NCBI GenBank assembly: GCA_048938895.1
Contig: JBHLLU010000026.1
Coordinates: 1 to 57,577 of the forward strand
From: Promethearchaeota archaeon
Lineage (GTDB): Archaea; Asgardarchaeota; Lokiarchaeia; Sigyniarchaeales; SOKP01
Direction: 5' to 3'
Length of the DNA: 57,577 nt
The translations under genes were made by a program, and so were the position numbers. The notes below the pieces were generated by a model. The model did not search any database and was not told the DNA's origin. It saw nothing but the letters and a program-made list of their open reading frames with translations. Positions 39,937-49,988 of the stretch are shown in pieces; position 1 is the first letter of the stretch, and the number at the start of each line of letters is the position of its first letter.

Positions 39937-40803
39937 ATGATTCCAGATAAAGTAAAACAAAATGATTTAATCTTCTTAATCCTCGATAGTAAAAGAAGAT
40001 GGTTAGTTCAAGTAAGGCCAGGTGAATCTTTTCATACTCATAGAGGAATCATTGAATTTGACGAGGTTATTGGAAAGAATTATGGGACTGTTATATTTTC
40101 TAAACCATATGAAACTCAAGGATATAAATTTTATATACTAAAGCCTTTACCTTCTGATTATATACTCCATATGAGTCGGAAAACTCAGATAATTTATCCT
40201 GAAGACGCAGGAATGATATTACTTTATTCAGGAATTGGACCTGGAAGCATAGTAATTGAAGCGGGATGCGGTTCTGGTGCCTTGACTTGTATTCTGGGAA
40301 ATTATGTGCGACCGAATGGACATATTTATTCTTATGATATACGTGAAAAATCTCTTAAGAATGCTAGAAAGAATGTTGATAGAGCTAACTTGGGAAATGT
40401 GGTTTCAATAAAATATGGTAACATCATCACTGATGATTTAAATCTTGAAGATGTGGATTCAGTTGTTTTAGATCTTGGTGACCCTTGGAATGCCATAGAA
40501 AAAGTGAGCAAGTACCTCAAATTAAGCGGAACACTTGTCTCATTTTCTCCAACCATCGAACAAGTAAAGAAAACAACTTTTGCAATGGAAGAAAATGATT
40601 TTGTCGAAATTAATACCTATGAGTTAATTAAAAGAAAAATCCAAGTTAAAAAAAACGCAACTCGTCCTGATTCGAGAATGGTTGGTCATAGTGGTTATAT
40701 TTCTTTTGGAAGAAAAATTTTTGATGAAAATAATCCTTATCGTGAAAGAAAACCTAAACAACAGGAATTCGTTAATCTTAGTGGGATGCCTTTAAGAAGT
40801 TAA
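39937..40803 (+). CDS. trmI: tRNA (adenine-57/58-N1)-methyltransferase
   Basis: FHTHRG, RKTQIIYPED, EAGCGSGALT, LDL.DPW, FSPTIEQV, MVGHSGY. Confidence 0.95.
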   Translation: MIPDKVKQNDLIFLILDSKRRWLVQVRPGESFHTHRGIIEFDEVIGKNYGTVIFSKPYETQGYKFYILKPLPSDYILHMSRKTQIIYPEDAGMILLYSGIGPGSIVIEAGCGSGALTCILGNYVRPNGHIYSYDIREKSLKNARKNVDRANLGNVVSIKYGNIITDDLNLEDVDSVVLDLGDPWNAIEKVSKYLKLSGTLVSFSPTIEQVKKTTFAMEENDFVEINTYELIKRKIQVKKNATRPDSRMVGHSGYISFGRKIFDENNPYRERKPKQQEFVNLSGMPLRS

Positions 40804-41216
40804 AATCCCTTTAATTGAGCCCCTGTTTTAAATTCTTTTTTCTTCTTGTATCGCTCAGTTTTGAAAAAATGCTTCTTTTTCTCTGGTAAGATATCCAAAT
40901 ATTTTCTTAATATATTCTCAATATATTCTTTGGTTGATTTATTTTTGATTTTGGTTGGATTTGATAAATAATCTAATATTTCCTTATCTTTAGTACTGTG
41001 ATCTAGCCCTAAATTCTTTAACGGAATATGAACAGAATGCAAGAACCATCCCGTCTTATTTTCTTCATGGGCAATGACCTTTAATATATTCTCTTCTTCC
41101 TTCTTTATTTTCACGTCTAAAACTTTTTTCCCTGGTTTAATTATAATGGATGCATACTCTGGGATTTTCGATTTTGGATCATGAATTTTCTTTAAGAACT
41201 CTTCTAATTTCTTCAT
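40800..41216 (-). CDS. Lysine-rich hypothetical protein
   Basis: 138-aa ORF with ATG start filling the gap between recognised genes. Confidence 0.6.
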   Translation of the reverse strand: MKKLEEFLKKIHDPKSKIPEYASIIIKPGKKVLDVKIKKEEENILKVIAHEENKTGWFLHSVHIPLKNLGLDHSTKDKEILDYLSNPTKIKNKSTKEYIENILRKYLDILPEKKKHFFKTERYKKKKEFKTGAQLKGF

Positions 41217-41325
41217 AGCAATTTAAATTGTTGCATGTATTTACAAAGAATAAATTAAAATTCATAAAAAATTTTATTATTAAATGGAAATATCTTAAAA
41301 TCTAAAACGTCTAGAGGAAAATAAA

Positions 41326-42378
41326 TTGAATTCTTATGATACCCTAGAAATACCCCATTTTTATTATAAGAAGAAGATTTGTATTTTAGGCGGATTAGAA
41401 CAGTTCAAAGACGAATTCCAAAAGAAGTTAAGTTCAAATTGCCTTCCCATACAAAATAAGAAGAATATTGGAGTAAACATAAGTAAAATTGACTACCTTT
41501 ACAAATCAGAACAAAAATTTGAATATCTTTTATGGAATATTGATTGTGGTCAACATAGGGCGTCTCTTCGCACCATTTTTTACTCCGGGGCTGATGCAAT
41601 AATAATCTTCATTTCTGAAAAAAGAATCGATCAATTAAGACAATATTTTAATGAAATTCAAACAAGGTTTCCAGAGATAATACTATTATTTTGTATCATT
41701 ACTGATAAGATGTCTAAAGAAGAAATTTTTGACTCTTTTTTAAAACATGAACAATTCTGGGCAAATTTTAAAAAAAATAGCTTTCAAATTGAAGAAATTT
41801 CCGAAGTTAAAGAAATTTTTAATCAAATATCGCAAATATTTGAAGATAAAGTAATTGTGAAAAATTATGGTAATAAATTTATCATTGATTTCATATCAAT
41901 TAAATCTCTTGTTGGTCTAAAAGAAATTACAGATGAGTGCTGTGAGTATTACGAACCAGAAACTCCTTCGTATTTTATTAAAAAAAATGCTAATTCAAAA
42001 TTATTAAGAAAATTTATTCGAACACTAGTTTTAGATGTTGATTTTCAATCTAATAGTTGGATTAGAGTCAGAAATAAAGAATTTGGCACTTTTTCAATTA
42101 ACCTAAAGAATGGGAACGTAATTTATTATCCACAAATATGCGAGAGTTGTAAAGTAAGAAAATGCTCAAAAGTAGAAAATCTCCCAAAGTCAATTTGTAT
42201 TGAAGCGGATGATAAGAACGGGTGGACAAATATAAAGGGCTTCACTCAAAATGAGCTTCTTATCTTAACTAAGATCATAGCCTTGAAGGAGGGAAATGAG
42301 ACAAATTTACCTAAATCTATACTCAACCAAATTCAAAAGGTAAATTATTGTAAGAAACACAAAGGAAAAAAAATATGA
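41326..42378 (+). CDS. Degenerate Rab-like small GTPase domain fused to a Cys-rich C-terminal domain
   Basis: KICILG, NIGVN, LLWNIDCGQ and RASLRTIFYSGADAIII parallel Rab motifs, but GKT/S and DxxG are lost; C-terminal CESC...C...C. Confidence 0.7.
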   Translation: MNSYDTLEIPHFYYKKKICILGGLEQFKDEFQKKLSSNCLPIQNKKNIGVNISKIDYLYKSEQKFEYLLWNIDCGQHRASLRTIFYSGADAIIIFISEKRIDQLRQYFNEIQTRFPEIILLFCIITDKMSKEEIFDSFLKHEQFWANFKKNSFQIEEISEVKEIFNQISQIFEDKVIVKNYGNKFIIDFISIKSLVGLKEITDECCEYYEPETPSYFIKKNANSKLLRKFIRTLVLDVDFQSNSWIRVRNKEFGTFSINLKNGNVIYYPQICESCKVRKCSKVENLPKSICIEADDKNGWTNIKGFTQNELLILTKIIALKEGNETNLPKSILNQIQKVNYCKKHKGKKI

Positions 42379-42797
42379 CGGTAGATTTTCAAACTTTTAA
42401 CTTAAAATCTAAAGCTTTTTGCGATGTTATTAATATTACGTCACAAGTTCAAAGTGCTCTCAAACAGAGTGGGATAGAAAATGGGATCGTAAATGTACAT
42501 GTGTCTGGTTCAACAGGGGCAATATCAACCACAGAGTATGAACCGGGATTAGTAGATCATGATATTGAAGAGATTTTAGAAAAATTAATCCCGTATAAAA
42601 AAAACTATGCTCACCATAAAACATGGCACGATTATAATGGAGCAGGACACTTAAGAAGTTTTCTTATTAAAACTTCGCAAACTTTTCCATTTAAAAATCA
42701 GAAATTAATTTTAGGAACGTGGCAGCAAATAATTTTTATTGAATGTGATGAAAAACCAAGATCAAGAACAATTCATTGTACTATTATAGGAGAATAA
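42375..42797 (+). CDS. yjbQ: YjbQ/UPF0047 family protein
   Basis: GSTGAI..E.EPGL, Y.H, NG.GHLRS, LGTWQ.I...E.D..PR.R. Confidence 0.92.
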   Translation: MTVDFQTFNLKSKAFCDVINITSQVQSALKQSGIENGIVNVHVSGSTGAISTTEYEPGLVDHDIEEILEKLIPYKKNYAHHKTWHDYNGAGHLRSFLIKTSQTFPFKNQKLILGTWQQIIFIECDEKPRSRTIHCTIIGE

Positions 42798-42837
42798 ATA
42801 AAACTTACCTATTTCTAAAAAAAGAGAAGAAAATATA

Positions 42838-43080
42838 TTATTTTTTAGCTTGTTGGATTAATTCTTCCAATTCTGAAATTATAATTTGATACTTATCTCT
42901 AAGGTGTATTTTATCGAACTTCTTACTAAGATCCATAACTGATTTATCAAATTGTTTCAACTGCTCAGTAAACACTGGAATTTTTTTGTAATTTTCATCA
43001 TTTTTCTCTATCATGCTAATTTGATATTCAAGATTTTCTAAAAAATTATTCTTAACTTCTGTCAATATTATCAACCTCAA
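42838..43080 (-). CDS. Small helical hypothetical protein (start uncertain)
   Basis: 80-aa ORF with TTG start and protein-like composition. Confidence 0.4.
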   Translation of the reverse strand: MRLIILTEVKNNFLENLEYQISMIEKNDENYKKIPVFTEQLKQFDKSVMDLSKKFDKIHLRDKYQIIISELEELIQQAKK

Positions 43081-43365
43081 AAAACAGTTAGTTCATTTAG
43101 TAAAATCACGGTAATCCCTTTAAAAAATATAAATATCATATATGTGTCATCAGATTTACTTTAAAATCATGGATCCTTACGTAGACTTTCATAAAAACAA
43201 GAAAATATGAATATACAAGTATCATTGAGATGACATTTCGATATTATAACAAGCAATATAATATATAATTCCAAGATAATTTTACATAATTTACATTTCA
43301 AGAAGTTTAAATTGGTTTAGACTATTATTTTATTAAACTGAAAAATCGTAAAATTACGAATTAAT

Positions 43366-44292
43366 ATGGAAAGCTTTTTAAAAATTGTAATTTCTGGTTT
43401 AGATAATGCAGGAAAAACGTCAATCTTGACAGCTTTAGATAAAAAATACGATTTCCAAAAGGATATCGTTCAGCTAAAGCCAACAATTAGAGTTGAATAT
43501 CATAAAATGAACTTTTTGAAGAACAATAGTATATTCTGGGACATGGGTGGCCAAACCACTTACCGAGAAGTTTATATGCAATATCAAGACGTTTATTTCG
43601 ATGCTACTGATTTACTCATCTATGTTATTGATATTCAAGATCCTGAACGATTTGAGAACTCCCTTGAGTATTTAAATGCGATTTTAACATTTTTCTCAGA
43701 AAGTAAAATGGACGTACCTCTCATAATTACATTTCACAAATACGATCCTGATTTAAGAGGAGATATTGAGATTTTGGAAAATATCGATAAATTAAGAACA
43801 GAATTACTAGATAAATATCCAGATTTTAAGATCTTATTTCAGCAAACCTCTATCTATGATATAATTTCGATTGTGCAGTTAGTCTCCTATGGACTTTCTG
43901 TTTTTGATGATAAATTCTTTGAGTTATCAGAATTATTAGAAAATTATATTGAAGAATTTGAGAATCAAGCATTACTAGTATTTGATCGAAACGGTATTAT
44001 AATCTCTGAATATTATAGCAATATAGATTCAGATGTTTATATTGAACTACTAGAATCAATCAAAGAGCATCTCTTTTTACTTAAAAGAATGGAAGAGGAA
44101 TCAACTTATGAGTATGATCATGATATTTCTTCAAGTGATACAGCTCTATTTTCCTATTTACACAGATTACAGTTGGGTTCAGAAATCTTTTTTATTTCCG
44201 CTGTTACAAAAAAAGATAAGAAAGATAAGCTTTTATCAGGTTTTCCAGAGTTTTTAGAAGATTTATCCAAAATATTAAAAGAATTAATCTAA
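43366..44292 (+). CDS. Rag/Gtr-type small GTPase with C-terminal roadblock/longin-like domain
   Basis: G1 GLDNAGKTS, G2 PT, G3 WDMGGQ, G4 HKYD, G5 TSIYD; C-terminal LLVFDRNGIIISE beta-hairpin typical of roadblock/longin domains. Confidence 0.85.
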   Translation: MESFLKIVISGLDNAGKTSILTALDKKYDFQKDIVQLKPTIRVEYHKMNFLKNNSIFWDMGGQTTYREVYMQYQDVYFDATDLLIYVIDIQDPERFENSLEYLNAILTFFSESKMDVPLIITFHKYDPDLRGDIEILENIDKLRTELLDKYPDFKILFQQTSIYDIISIVQLVSYGLSVFDDKFFELSELLENYIEEFENQALLVFDRNGIIISEYYSNIDSDVYIELLESIKEHLFLLKRMEEESTYEYDHDISSSDTALFSYLHRLQLGSEIFFISAVTKKDKKDKLLSGFPEFLEDLSKILKELI

Positions 44293-44301
44293 AATAAGTT
44301 T

Positions 44302-45402
44302 TTAATCAACCTTCAGTAATTTTTTGGCTTTATCAATTAATTTTTCCTTCTTTTTCTTATGGTTTTCTACAAATTTTAATACTTTTTCAGCACACTCCCG
44401 TTTGTGATCTCCACACATTAATTCTCCCTTTACACACATTTCAAAATCAGTGGCTAATTTTTCATCGTCTTCTTCAAAATGATACATCAAAATTTTATAA
44501 ATCATACATTTCTGAGGTTCTCCCCCTAACTCACGCTGTTCTTTTATGTTTCTCCTCCCTCCAGTTAATGATCCTTTGATTTTTCTTTCAATCGATTCGA
44601 AGGGTTCATTAAATGTAAAATAACTATTTGGATTTCTTTTTGCCATTTTATCTGAACCATCTATACCCGATAATAAATAATGATATGTCGCACCTGGTAA
44701 GAAAAAATCCTTATAATTTCTTCGAGTCAAATCTCTTGTAAGACGTATGTGAGGGTCTTGATCAATACCTACAGGTACAACAGTCGGTTGTTGTCCATCT
44801 AAAATCTGAGGTAAAATTATATCACCCACTTGAATTAATGAAGCAAGGTATAATCCAAATGTCCGTTCTCCATAAATTGCGTTTAACATGTTTTGTGTGA
44901 CTAATCTACTTACTTTAAAACATACATCTTTAACAATTGGTTCTGTAGATTGCCTCCAAATATAAGTCTTTTCTGGAGATGGATCCAAACCAAAAGCTAA
45001 TATATCAGCTACATTATCTATCATAGTTTCTTCTGCTTCTTCCCATGGTATAGCGTTATCTTCCCATGACTCTACGTCTGCGATCCCATAGTAGACCTTT
45101 CCCCCCATCTTCTGGAATTCAACAATCTCTAGAGCTGTGGTGGATGTACCTAAATGATAGGGTCCAGAAGGCTTAATTCCGCTCATTACTGCCCAGGGTT
45201 GACCTTTTTCCATAGCTTTAATAACTAAATTCAAATCACGATGTCCGAAGATGATTTTGCGTCTGATAAAGCGATTTTTTTCCATCTTTAAACGTATAGA
45301 ATCTGTAATCTCTTCAATTCCAAACTCACGGATAAGTCTGGCATAGTCTTCCTCATCTAGATGTGAGGCACCCCATGGATCAATTTTAAAATCCTCTTTC
45401 AT
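44302..45402 (-). CDS. trpS: Tryptophanyl-tRNA synthetase (archaeal type)
   Basis: IDPWG, RR.IIFGHRD, SGIKPSG..HLG, VPVGIDQDPHIRLTRD, KMAKR, TGGR. Confidence 0.95.
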   Translation of the reverse strand: MKEDFKIDPWGASHLDEEDYARLIREFGIEEITDSIRLKMEKNRFIRRKIIFGHRDLNLVIKAMEKGQPWAVMSGIKPSGPYHLGTSTTALEIVEFQKMGGKVYYGIADVESWEDNAIPWEEAEETMIDNVADILAFGLDPSPEKTYIWRQSTEPIVKDVCFKVSRLVTQNMLNAIYGERTFGLYLASLIQVGDIILPQILDGQQPTVVPVGIDQDPHIRLTRDLTRRNYKDFFLPGATYHYLLSGIDGSDKMAKRNPNSYFTFNEPFESIERKIKGSLTGGRRNIKEQRELGGEPQKCMIYKILMYHFEEDDEKLATDFEMCVKGELMCGDHKRECAEKVLKFVENHKKKKEKLIDKAKKLLKVD

Positions 45403-45469
45403 CTATATCTCCGATAGTTCATGTTAGATATAATAAAAAATATATACAGTATAATAAATTTTGATAAGT

Positions 45470-45883
45470 ATGAGGAAATTTTCTAAAAAGGAAATAAAAG
45501 ATATTATAGAACAATTAGACTTCTCAAAAATTAAAGACAAATTGATACCAGTAATAACACAAGATTATAATACAAAAGAAGTCTTAATGCTTGCATTTGC
45601 TACTAAAGAAGCAATTGAAAGATCTTTAGAAACAGGATTAATGCATTACTTTTCAAGATCAAGGCAAATGATCTGGCAAAAAGGGGAAACAAGCGGAAAT
45701 TTTCAAGAAATTGAAGAGATATTTACTGATTGTGACAATGATTCCATTTTGATGGTTGTAAAACAAATTGGAGGTGCTTGTCATGAAGGATATTTTTCTT
45801 GCTTTTATAAAAACTATAGAAATGGAAAATTTAATGAAAGTAAACCCAAGGTTTTTGATCCGAAGGAAATCTACGGTACATAA
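45470..45883 (+). CDS. hisI: Phosphoribosyl-AMP cyclohydrolase
   Basis: VLMLA, SRSR..IW.KGETSG, DCDND, ACHEGYFSCF. Probable start is ATG 45470. Confidence 0.95.
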   Translation: MRKFSKKEIKDIIEQLDFSKIKDKLIPVITQDYNTKEVLMLAFATKEAIERSLETGLMHYFSRSRQMIWQKGETSGNFQEIEEIFTDCDNDSILMVVKQIGGACHEGYFSCFYKNYRNGKFNESKPKVFDPKEIYGT

Positions 45884-45927
45884 ATTTATATATTTTTCAT
45901 ATTTTAGTTGATATTTGGATTATTATT

Positions 45928-45948
45928 TAAGATTTTTACAAAATCTTA
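45928..45948. promoter_or_regulatory. 9-3-9 inverted repeat TAAGATTTT-TAC-AAAATCTTA upstream of the Lrp gene
   Basis: Read directly; AT-rich, so it could be chance. Candidate autoregulatory site. Confidence 0.35.
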
Positions 45949-46051
45949 TAATTTTCTTTAGAGATTTAATAAAATTTTAAATATAATTCAAAATAAGATA
46001 TATTGGTATCAACCATACATTACTTATAAAATTCTTTTAAGGTTTGATCTG

Positions 46052-46528
46052 GTGAAAAAAGAAAAAGCACTTGATGACATTGATAAAAATATTATAAGAA
46101 TTCTTCAAGATGATGCACGTACAAGCTATAGAGATATTCAAGATCAACTGGGAATTTCAATTGGGACAATTCATAACAGAATTTCTAAATTGAGGAACAA
46201 TGGCATAATTGAAGGATATACACTTCGTCTCAATAATGTTAAACTTGGGTATAAACTCTCCTTTTTAATACGGATTAACTGCGATGGAAAGTTTACTGAG
46301 GAGATTTTAAATGACATTTCCAAAATCCCAGAAGTCTGTTCAGTATTTCATACTACTGGAGAACAATCAGCAGCCTTGATCTGCCGCTTTAAAGATTCAG
46401 AGGATGTGCACAAATTCATCCGACAACTAAATGAAAAAAAATATGTAACTCGAACTAATTCTAATATGATACTTAAAGAGTACAAGAACCGAGCTTTTGT
46501 CGATATTGGAGACATAAAAGAAAGTTAA
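46052..46528 (+). CDS. Lrp/AsnC family transcriptional regulator
   Basis: LDDID..II..LQ.DAR.S...I...LGIS.GT..NRI HTH; RAM domain with TGE. Confidence 0.95.
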   Translation: MKKEKALDDIDKNIIRILQDDARTSYRDIQDQLGISIGTIHNRISKLRNNGIIEGYTLRLNNVKLGYKLSFLIRINCDGKFTEEILNDISKIPEVCSVFHTTGEQSAALICRFKDSEDVHKFIRQLNEKKYVTRTNSNMILKEYKNRAFVDIGDIKES

Positions 46529-46556
46529 TTCTAAAAAAAAAAAGAAAAGATAATGG

Positions 46557-47708
46557 CTACTTTCGTTTTTTTCGAAACATATCGATTATCCGGGTAATTT
46601 GCTCTTTATTTGGATCCTGGTCGAGTTGTTCTTGGATATGGTGTTCCATATATTCTTGAGTGACTCCGATTTGCTCAAGGAACTTATTAACTTCCTTTTG
46701 CTTGAATTTATTTTCAAGGATTAAGGGTGCGGAAATCCTTAACGTTCTCAACCATTTTTTCCGAGATTCAGGATTTTGCCGTACTAATTCGGCATATTGA
46801 TAGGCATAAAGAATTCCTCCGTAGCGGTTAAAGTCATAGAAAGTGGCAGCATGAACTACATTGCAATTCGTAAGGAGTGGATCAGCGTGTCCTTTTTTAA
46901 TATATTTTTTCGACTCCACCAAGTTAATGATGTCTTGTTCTTGGTAGGGAATTATATGATATGGAAGGAGTACTCGAGGTAATTTCCCAGAAGCAATCTC
47001 TTCCTCACTTAAATACCAATAACTATCTTTCTCATCGAAAAACGGTTCATTGAGTAGTTTAGGTCTCCATTCTTTAATTACTTCCTCCCTAGGCATTTCA
47101 TAGAAATAACGAAAAATCTGATCAGGAGAGTAACCAAATAATACATAAGGTATTTCTTGCTTTATAGCCTCTTTTACTACAATGCTGTGAATGAGATCCG
47201 AGCAATAATCACAGATATGACGTGCTAAAAAGGTCTCATTGGAATTATGATGAAAGAAATGGTACTTATAGAGCTTTGTGAATGTAGGGATACATCCATC
47301 AATATAAATATGATCCACATTGATCTGCTCTAAAGTATCTCTTATATTATCCTTCGCGATTTCAGTCATAAAACCGGTATCCGAGGTAACTGCTAAGAGA
47401 GTTAGTCCTAAGTCATTTACGAGATAATCTAAAAGCGCTGTAGAATCTTTTCCTCCTGAATATCCCAAGATGCAGTCATACTTGACCTTCCCGTGATGTT
47501 CTTTCATATCCCGGACTACTTTATTCCAGTCGTTTAACGCTTGAATTCTTCTTTTATCACTAATTGTGGTTCGAGACCAGTTAACATTTTCATGTTTCTC
47601 ATCAGAACAAAATCCGCACAATCCTTCTGAATCAAGAGAAACGCCTAGAAAGCCTTCAGGTAAGATACATTGTCTACATATATTTTGTTGTTCGATCATA
47701 TTATTCAC
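46557..47708 (-). CDS. PP-loop adenine-nucleotide alpha-hydrolase, N-acetyl-sugar amidotransferase (WbpG/PseA)-like
   Basis: N-terminal CRQC...CGFC, YDCILGYSGGKDS, CDYC, TNC. Confidence 0.75.
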   Translation of the reverse strand: MNNMIEQQNICRQCILPEGFLGVSLDSEGLCGFCSDEKHENVNWSRTTISDKRRIQALNDWNKVVRDMKEHHGKVKYDCILGYSGGKDSTALLDYLVNDLGLTLLAVTSDTGFMTEIAKDNIRDTLEQINVDHIYIDGCIPTFTKLYKYHFFHHNSNETFLARHICDYCSDLIHSIVVKEAIKQEIPYVLFGYSPDQIFRYFYEMPREEVIKEWRPKLLNEPFFDEKDSYWYLSEEEIASGKLPRVLLPYHIIPYQEQDIINLVESKKYIKKGHADPLLTNCNVVHAATFYDFNRYGGILYAYQYAELVRQNPESRKKWLRTLRISAPLILENKFKQKEVNKFLEQIGVTQEYMEHHIQEQLDQDPNKEQITRIIDMFRKKRK

Positions 47709-47896
47709 ATTACAACTAAGTTTTATTGCTAATTAGACCAGAATATTTAAAGAAAAAAGAGAAGTCGTAAAGATAAATTACCATTGTTTTCTATAAATCC
47801 TAGGATAGATTTTGTACGAATTCAAAATTTACAGAGTTTAGATTGAAGAAGCTTTGGCTGATTTGGAAAATAAAGAAAAATCAAAATAAAATAGTA

Positions 47897-49819
47897 TTAA
47901 GTTACAGACCAATGATTTAAGGGGACTATATGAAACCATATAGATAGGAATAACATCCATTCTGATACAGGAGTGAGTTGAATAAGATTGACTAAAAGCA
48001 TCAAGATAGGGATTACTACTCCAAATATTCCAAATATCTTAGATATCAACTGTTTACTGACCACAAACTGTACGCTGAAAAAGAGGATAGAGAGAACAAA
48101 TCCCAAAAAGGAAAGAAAGGCACATAATCCGTGCAATATTCCATTCGGTCCCCCCCTATCTGAACTGAATACTCCTAAGAACAAATATCCCAACCCCCCA
48201 ATTATTCCCCATAAAACTCCACAATAAGAGGTAATGTGAATAACTTTTTTTGTAGAGTTTTTCTTACTTCTATGGTGTAGAAATAAATTATATGGGATTG
48301 TAATTATCCCTGCTATAATACAAGCCATATCGAATAAAAAGGGAAAAGGGGTTATATTTGAACTTCCAAGGTCGCTAATGGTATTTGCGAGGATATTATA
48401 TCCAAACTCTGATGCTACTATAAGGCTGAGAAACACTAATGAAAGATAAATCCACATTGCTCCCAGTATGGCATGTTTTACTGTTTTTTGGGAGCGAAGA
48501 GCAGACACAGGACTTATAAGTTCCAAGGGAGATTCTTGGATTTCAGGTCCACGATTTTTCACATGAAGATATTCCCCTACCTTTGAAAATTGTGCTAATC
48601 CGATGATTTGTACCAGCTCTTTACCCTGCTCTATTAGTTGAATATCTTTATCTATCTCACCGTCAAATATATTGAATAAAATTACGTCTTTAAAGCAATT
48701 ATTCTCATTACAATACTCCCAGCTTGGAACATATCCTCGTGGGCGAAATCCTGCATTAAAAAATAGTTGTTGATGTTTCGGATTGTAAGCAGAAACAAAT
48801 AATTCACAGTAGCGTACATTTAATATTTGTTTATAATGCAAAAGCGCACGAGTAAAGACATATAACTCCTCTAGACTGGTAACCATATATTCTGTCTTTT
48901 CGAAGTTTCGGACCTGAGGGGTATACAAAAATTTAAAATATGAATCAGTACCTTCTAAAGTAAGAATAATCGTTTCATAACCATATTTTTCGTTAATAAG
49001 CTTCTTCTTAAGCCTTTTACTGAGTTTTTTAATCTTTGCTTTACTCAACTTGATTTGTGGATCACTTCTGGCATAGGATCCTAAATTATATCGTTTACTT
49101 GAATACTGAAAGCAGGCATCGATAGGAGAAATTAATTGAGGTGTGGTTGTACATCGATACTTTCGTAATGCTCGCTCATCATATAATATTTGCATTAAAT
49201 CGGATTCTACTTTTCCTAAAAACACGTCTTTATTAGGGTATATTCCAATGGGAGCGATACCGCACACCCACATAGAATATTGTGATTTCGCATGAGCTGT
49301 ACGATTCTCCACGTACCAGGTATAGATTACGTCCTTGTACTTATTTAACATGGCTAGCATTGATCCAATCATGGCCTTGGTAATATCAATATATCCCTGA
49401 TACTTTTTCTTGAGCATAAATCCTCGAATATAGCCTCGTTTATTGGAAAAATCTAAGACAAAGGTAATACATCCTGCTATAGTATAACTAGGATCTTGGT
49501 AAATAACCCACTCCACATTAGGATCTTCAATCATGTTTCGTACCTCTTCCTCATCTTCCATTTCTTTATAGGGATAGGTTCCGTTATAGAGTTCCTTATA
49601 GATCTCAACTATCTCTTTGGCATCATCCTGTCTTGCTAAACGTAAGATAGGGCTTACTTTATTCCGTTTTTTCTCTGCGATCTCAAATTTGAGATGTAAA
49701 TGTTCTTTGAATTCACCATCTATTACCTCTTTAAAGGGTTCTAAGAGTGCTTGAGTAGATTTGGGAAAAAGCTCCTCTAATGACACCGTTGGGCTTGAGA
49801 ACACTTGGTTTGATATCAT
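47897..49819 (-). CDS. GNAT-fold protein fused to a C-terminal DUF998-like multi-TM domain
   Basis: LRLARQDDA.EI..IY...Y..TYPY, AH..SQ, L....GF.P.GY.P; C-terminal ISDLG motif with about five TM helices. Confidence 0.65.
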   Translation of the reverse strand: MISNQVFSSPTVSLEELFPKSTQALLEPFKEVIDGEFKEHLHLKFEIAEKKRNKVSPILRLARQDDAKEIVEIYKELYNGTYPYKEMEDEEEVRNMIEDPNVEWVIYQDPSYTIAGCITFVLDFSNKRGYIRGFMLKKKYQGYIDITKAMIGSMLAMLNKYKDVIYTWYVENRTAHAKSQYSMWVCGIAPIGIYPNKDVFLGKVESDLMQILYDERALRKYRCTTTPQLISPIDACFQYSSKRYNLGSYARSDPQIKLSKAKIKKLSKRLKKKLINEKYGYETIILTLEGTDSYFKFLYTPQVRNFEKTEYMVTSLEELYVFTRALLHYKQILNVRYCELFVSAYNPKHQQLFFNAGFRPRGYVPSWEYCNENNCFKDVILFNIFDGEIDKDIQLIEQGKELVQIIGLAQFSKVGEYLHVKNRGPEIQESPLELISPVSALRSQKTVKHAILGAMWIYLSLVFLSLIVASEFGYNILANTISDLGSSNITPFPFLFDMACIIAGIITIPYNLFLHHRSKKNSTKKVIHITSYCGVLWGIIGGLGYLFLGVFSSDRGGPNGILHGLCAFLSFLGFVLSILFFSVQFVVSKQLISKIFGIFGVVIPILMLLVNLIQLTPVSEWMLFLSIWFHIVPLNHWSVT

Positions 49820-49988
49820 AGTAAGGTATCAGTTTTGTTCTAATCATTTAATTTTCTGAGTTAAAAGTAATATTGCCCTGTACATTTAAATAAAAAAGCT
49901 GAAAATTTTTCCTTTATAAAGAAAAAGGAGATCTATTGCTGGTTTCATGTAGCATTATCTAAAACACTAGAATTGAAAGATATTTTTA

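Noticed and set aside
20875-41599. Short alternative ORFs (20875, 22650, 24493, 28281, 31762, 32753, 36504, 38380, 39247, 39499, 40332, 41405)
   Set aside because: They overlap confident genes and mostly show the Ser/Phe/Ile-rich composition typical of antisense shadows.
43081-43365. Frameshifted 5' extension of the 42838-43080 ORF
   Set aside because: Multiple stops and no recognisable homology; cannot be supported.
47797-47806. 10-bp palindrome ATCCTAGGAT upstream of the PP-loop gene
   Set aside because: Short enough to be expected by chance in a window of this size.
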